Below the pieces are notes generated by a model, which was not told the origin of the DNA, did no database searches, and worked only from the letters and a program-made list of their open reading frames with translations. Below are positions 60,045-64,000 of a stretch of 64,000 nt of DNA, piece by piece (positions within the stretch are counted from its first letter, which is position 1; each line of letters starts with the position of its first letter). Where the stretch lies: assembly GCA_043228905.1 (NCBI GenBank), contig JBHGNT010000020.1, positions 4,216,001 through 4,280,000 of the forward strand, given 5' to 3'. The DNA comes from Azolla caroliniana. Lineage: Eukaryota; Plantae; Polypodiophyta. A program made the translations under genes and the position numbers.

Positions 60045-61935
60045 ACATCTCACTCTTACTTTTTTACCTACGTATATAAGTGACTTACATATTCAGCTAA
60101 TTACCTGTGACTATCTAAATAGATGTGAGTAGCTAAATGGCCGTTTTACTTATATGTCCACTAGTAGCTAATTTCCTAATAGTTACTTTAGAATATCTTA
60201 TTTTCCAATGAGCATCACATGATTTTGTTGAGCTTGTTTCTTAACACTCCCCCTCAAGCTCAACTTATCCTTTCTTGAGATCATCTTCAATATTCTTTTC
60301 TTCATTCTTTTCAATTATCATATCAATGCTTATAATTCCCATCATGTTCCGAAACTATGTATGTTTATCTATGCTCAATCCCTTCGTAAGAATATCAGCC
60401 ACTTGCTGATTTGTGCTCACATACAACAGATCCACTTCTCCATCAATCACTTTTTCTCTAACAAAGTGATAATGCACTTCAATGTGCTTTGTTCTTGCAT
60501 GGAACACTGGGTTTTTTGCGAGCTAAATGCTGCTCATATTGTCACACCAAATTGTGATTGCACCATCTATATACTCACCCAAATCAACAAGCAATCTTCT
60601 AATCCATACTTCTTCACAAGTAGCTATTGCAGTTCCTCTATATTCAGCTTCAGTACTTGATAATGCAACAATAGCTTGTTTCTTGCTACTCCATGAAATA
60701 GTTGCACTTCCCAATGTAAACATATATCCACTTGTGGATCTTCTAGCCCAATCAACATCTGTATATCCTTCTAGCTTTATGTCCAGATCAGCCCTGTAAA
60801 ACAGTTCATAGTTCTGAGTAGCTTTTACATATCTCAAGATTCTTCTAATGCAGTCCAAATGTGGCTTTGTTGGCTGTTGCATAAACTGGCTGACTAATCC
60901 AACAACATAACTCAAATCAGGTCTTGTTATAGACAAATATATGAGGCTGCCCACCATAGACCAGTACATGTTTACATCTTCTATTTTGGCTCCCAAATCA
61001 ACCCTCAATTTGCAGTTCTTATCTAGTGGTACATCAATAGGTTTGCATCCAAGCATACCATACTTCTTCAACATAGTTGTTGCATGCTATTTTTGCAACA
61101 CATATATACCACTTTCAGATCTAATCATCTCAATACCAAGAGAGTATCTCAACTCTCCCAAATCCTTCATATAAAATTGCATTTCTAGATTTTTCTTCAG
61201 CTTATTTATTTCATCCATAGAATCGCCTCTGATGATTAAATCATCTACATAAATCAAAATCACAACAATGCAATCATTCACCTTCTTTATATATAATGAT
61301 GGATCAGCCTTTGATATTTTGAAGGCAAATTTTTTCAGAAATTTTGAAAGTTCTTTGTGCCATGCTCTCGATCCTTGTTTCAGTCCATAGAGAGCCTTTT
61401 TCAGCTTACAAACATATTCTGGATGCTTCTTATCTTCAAATTCTGGTGGTTGACACATGTATACTTCCTCTTCCAAGTTACCATGTAAAAAAGCATTTTT
61501 TACATCCATATGGTGCAAAACCCATCTTTTGGTTGCACTAACAGCAAGTAGTGTCCTCAAGGTTGCCATTTTTGCAACTGGTGCAAATGTTTCATCATAA
61601 TCAATTCCTTGCATCTGGGCATATCCCTTTGCCACAAGTCTTGCTTTATGTCTACTTACATTCCCATTGGAATCATGCTTTGTTTTGTAGACCCATTTGC
61701 AACCTACAACATTTTTTCCTTTTGGTAACTTTACTAAATCCCATGTTTTATTTTCAGCCAATGCATCTTTTTCTTCTTGCATTGCATTCACCCATTTCTT
61801 ATTAGATTTTGCTTCATCAAAACTATTTGGATCAAGCATTTGTACCACTTTAGACATATATCCATAATGCATAGCCATATATGTATCATAACCAAATCTT
61901 TCAAGAATCTTTTTCTCTCTATCTGATCTTCTCAT
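59821..61935 (-). mobile_element. AT-rich Ty1/copia 3' part: 3' LTR 59821-60246, PPT, RH, RT; interrupted at 61936
   Basis: KARLVAKGY, IYVDDL, ISWSSKKQ, ARTKHIEVHYHF. ctccccctcaagc is adjacent to the LTR edge ...CTTAACA. Confidence 0.9.
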
Positions 61936-63700
61936 TGTCAGAAATAGTACTGAGACAAAGAAGAAATTAGTACTAAGAGAGGAATATTAGTACCAAGAGG
62001 AACAGAGGGTGTAGAACACTCGAGAAAAGGAGAGAGAGAGAGAGAGAGAGAGAAAATGATAATGAGAACGATATATTATGTGAGAAAAATATACAAGGCT
62101 AAGAGGCTTAAGATTGGCGTTGAACCGATTTGGTTCGAAATAATGTCTTGTGCCTCCTTTTATAGTGTTCTCATGAGTAGTCTTGAAGCTTCTAGAATGT
62201 TCCAAAGAAATCTGGAATATACATTAATTTTCTATAGTAAAACTTAAATAAAAATGATCTTTTATGTATTACAATAGATAGTGTAATGGTCAAGAGCTCG
62301 ACCCATGTAACATAAGGTCATGGGTTCGAGGCTTGCCATATCATGACCATGGTTGTTTACATACTCGTATTTAACGTTTAAATACGTATAATACCTCATA
62401 ATTTGTATAATACATTAATTTTCTATAGTAAAACTTAAATAAAAATGATCTTTTATGTATTACAATAGATAGTGTAATGGTCAAGAGCTCGACCCATGTA
62501 ATATAAGGTCATGGGTTCGAGGCTTGCCATATCATGACCATGGTTGTTTACATACTCGTATTTAACGTTTAAATACGTATAATACCTCATAATTTGTATA
62601 ATACATACTATACCTCAATGTTGTTTAGTCAAATATCATGTACATTTGTCCAATACGGTATTTAATGTATTTATAAAAAAAATAGGTATAATACGTATTT
62701 ATAAAGAAAATGTAAGTAAAATCCCAACAAAAAGCAAAAGAAAAAAAAGATTTTAGTGAAAAAGAAGCCCAAGGAAGGAAGAAAGAAGAATAGAAGAGAC
62801 GACGATGAAGAAGAAGAAGAAGAGAGAAAAAAAGAAGACATAAACCTATCTTGACTCTGAGTGTGATAATCACAAAAGATAGAAGAAGAGGACGAAGAAA
62901 ACAGAAACCTATCATGAGTATGATAATCGTAGACGATTCCTCAATCTATGAAGGCATAATTGAAAATAATTACAATTCGAAGTAGAACATCATGATACAC
63001 ACACCAATTTATAGAATAAGGGAATGTCAACATCCATATTACTACAAGTATTTTAGGATGTGAAATGTTCAAATGTCTTATATGCATTTTAAGATGTAGA
63101 GCTATATTGTACATCATAAAATTGTGTAAACATAGATGTTTTTTACAATATTATAGATATTTTTGAGAAAGGTAAATAATTTTCAAATTCTAGAAGTATT
63201 TAACGTACTATACGTAAAATACGTATTTTATAAGTATTTAACATATTAAGAAAACATATTTAACGTATTTTTAAATTGGGAGGTACTATATGGGTATTAA
63301 TAAGTTAAATACGTATGGTATCTGTACCGCACCTAACGTACCTAACAACCTTGATCATGACACTATCCCCCCTTTAAAACGACGAGAGTCACGAGTTGTT
63401 TTGGATTGAGGACATGGTTTATCAGGATATTAACGATAGAAGTCTTCACGAAGAGCACGAGCATTGGTCACATTCTCTATTGGTTCCCAAGTACGCTCGT
63501 TGGGACTATATCCTAGCCAATCGATTAAATAGTAGAGCTTGTTGCGAATAATCTTGGAATTGAGGATGGCGGCAACCTCGTACTCAGGTCCATCTTCAAG
63601 TTCGATCAGGGGTGGAGGTTGTGGAATATGTCCTAGGATGGTGCTGTCTTGATAGGGTTTGAGGAGAGAACTATGAAACACCGAATAAACTTGGCACGGT
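61936..63700 (-). mobile_element. 3' end of a second chromovirus: chromodomain (63430-63690), PPT, 3' LTR 61936-63362 (~1.43 kb)
   Basis: EYEVAAILNSKIIRNKLYYLIDWLGYSPNERTWEP; PPT AAAGGGGGGATAG; LTR TGTCATG...TCTGACA; TATA-like box at ~62157-62164. Confidence 0.8.
62219..62606. repeat. 191-bp tandem duplication in the chromovirus LTR U3; each unit carries a tRNA-like A/B-box cassette
   Basis: atacattaattttctatagtaaaac... at 62219 and 62410. Confidence 0.93.
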
Positions 63701-64000
63701 CTTGTCCTTTGGACTAGTGCAAACTTCATTGTTTGCTTCGATCTCAAGATTCATATATGAAGAGGCCTCATTGTTATCAAAACATTCTAGTTCAATGTCA
63801 ATCCTCAACCTTCCAAGCATCTACCTCATGTCTTACTTGCCTTTGGATTATTGTATTCTTGATTCTTGACTCTATATTGAGCACTAGTTGATATTTCATG
63901 CATTTCTTGCACATATTCATGTACTTTTTTTATTTTCTCATAGGTTTATGACAAAATGCTCTTTGATAATTGTGCTTCGATGTTGTAAAGATGTCGTCTA

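Noticed and set aside
62272-62345. Functional tRNA gene
   Set aside because: A/B boxes and spacing are tRNA-like, but the acceptor and anticodon stems do not pair. Reported as a tRNA-derived cassette, not a tRNA.
63700-64000. Copia gag-like remnant at the window end
   Set aside because: Weak, scrambled similarity only; it cannot be supported without a search.

Overview
Eukaryotic land-plant nuclear DNA. A non-seed plant such as a fern is the most likely source; this is inferred from the Tcn1-like and tRNA-Trp-primed Ty3 elements, not proven. Roughly 75-80% of the window is nested, mostly decayed LTR retrotransposons. Two host genes look intact: a six-exon glutamate-receptor-like (GLR3-type) channel gene (minus strand, 13331-8360, about 1008 aa, with a 32-nt microexon) and a single-exon trihelix (SIP1/ASIL-type Myb/SANT) transcription factor (plus strand, 35616-36914). 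Elements whose ends and target-site duplications (TSDs) can be read directly: a tRNA-Trp-primed non-chromoviral Ty3 (16820-24615, 4-bp TSD) carrying a solo LTR (19266-20036); a Ty1/copia (40178-44852); a tRNA-Arg-primed Athila/Tat-like Ty3 (46526-59798) that lacks PR/RT but keeps a ~1000-codon 3' extra ORF; and a Tcn1-like chromovirus (49398-54674) nested inside it. A MULE transposase remnant lies just upstream of the trihelix gene. The most interesting signals are: (1) tRNA-spaced Pol III A/B-box cassettes lying antisense in the U3 of several unrelated Ty3 LTRs; (2) a Tf1-type self-priming arrangement in the Tcn1-like element; (3) CpG-centred 4-bp targets for the Trp-primed lineage; (4) two uncharacterised sense-strand 3' extra ORFs; (5) a recurrent hairpin at the U3 terminus of unrelated LTR families. 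All alignments were done by eye and no database was searched.
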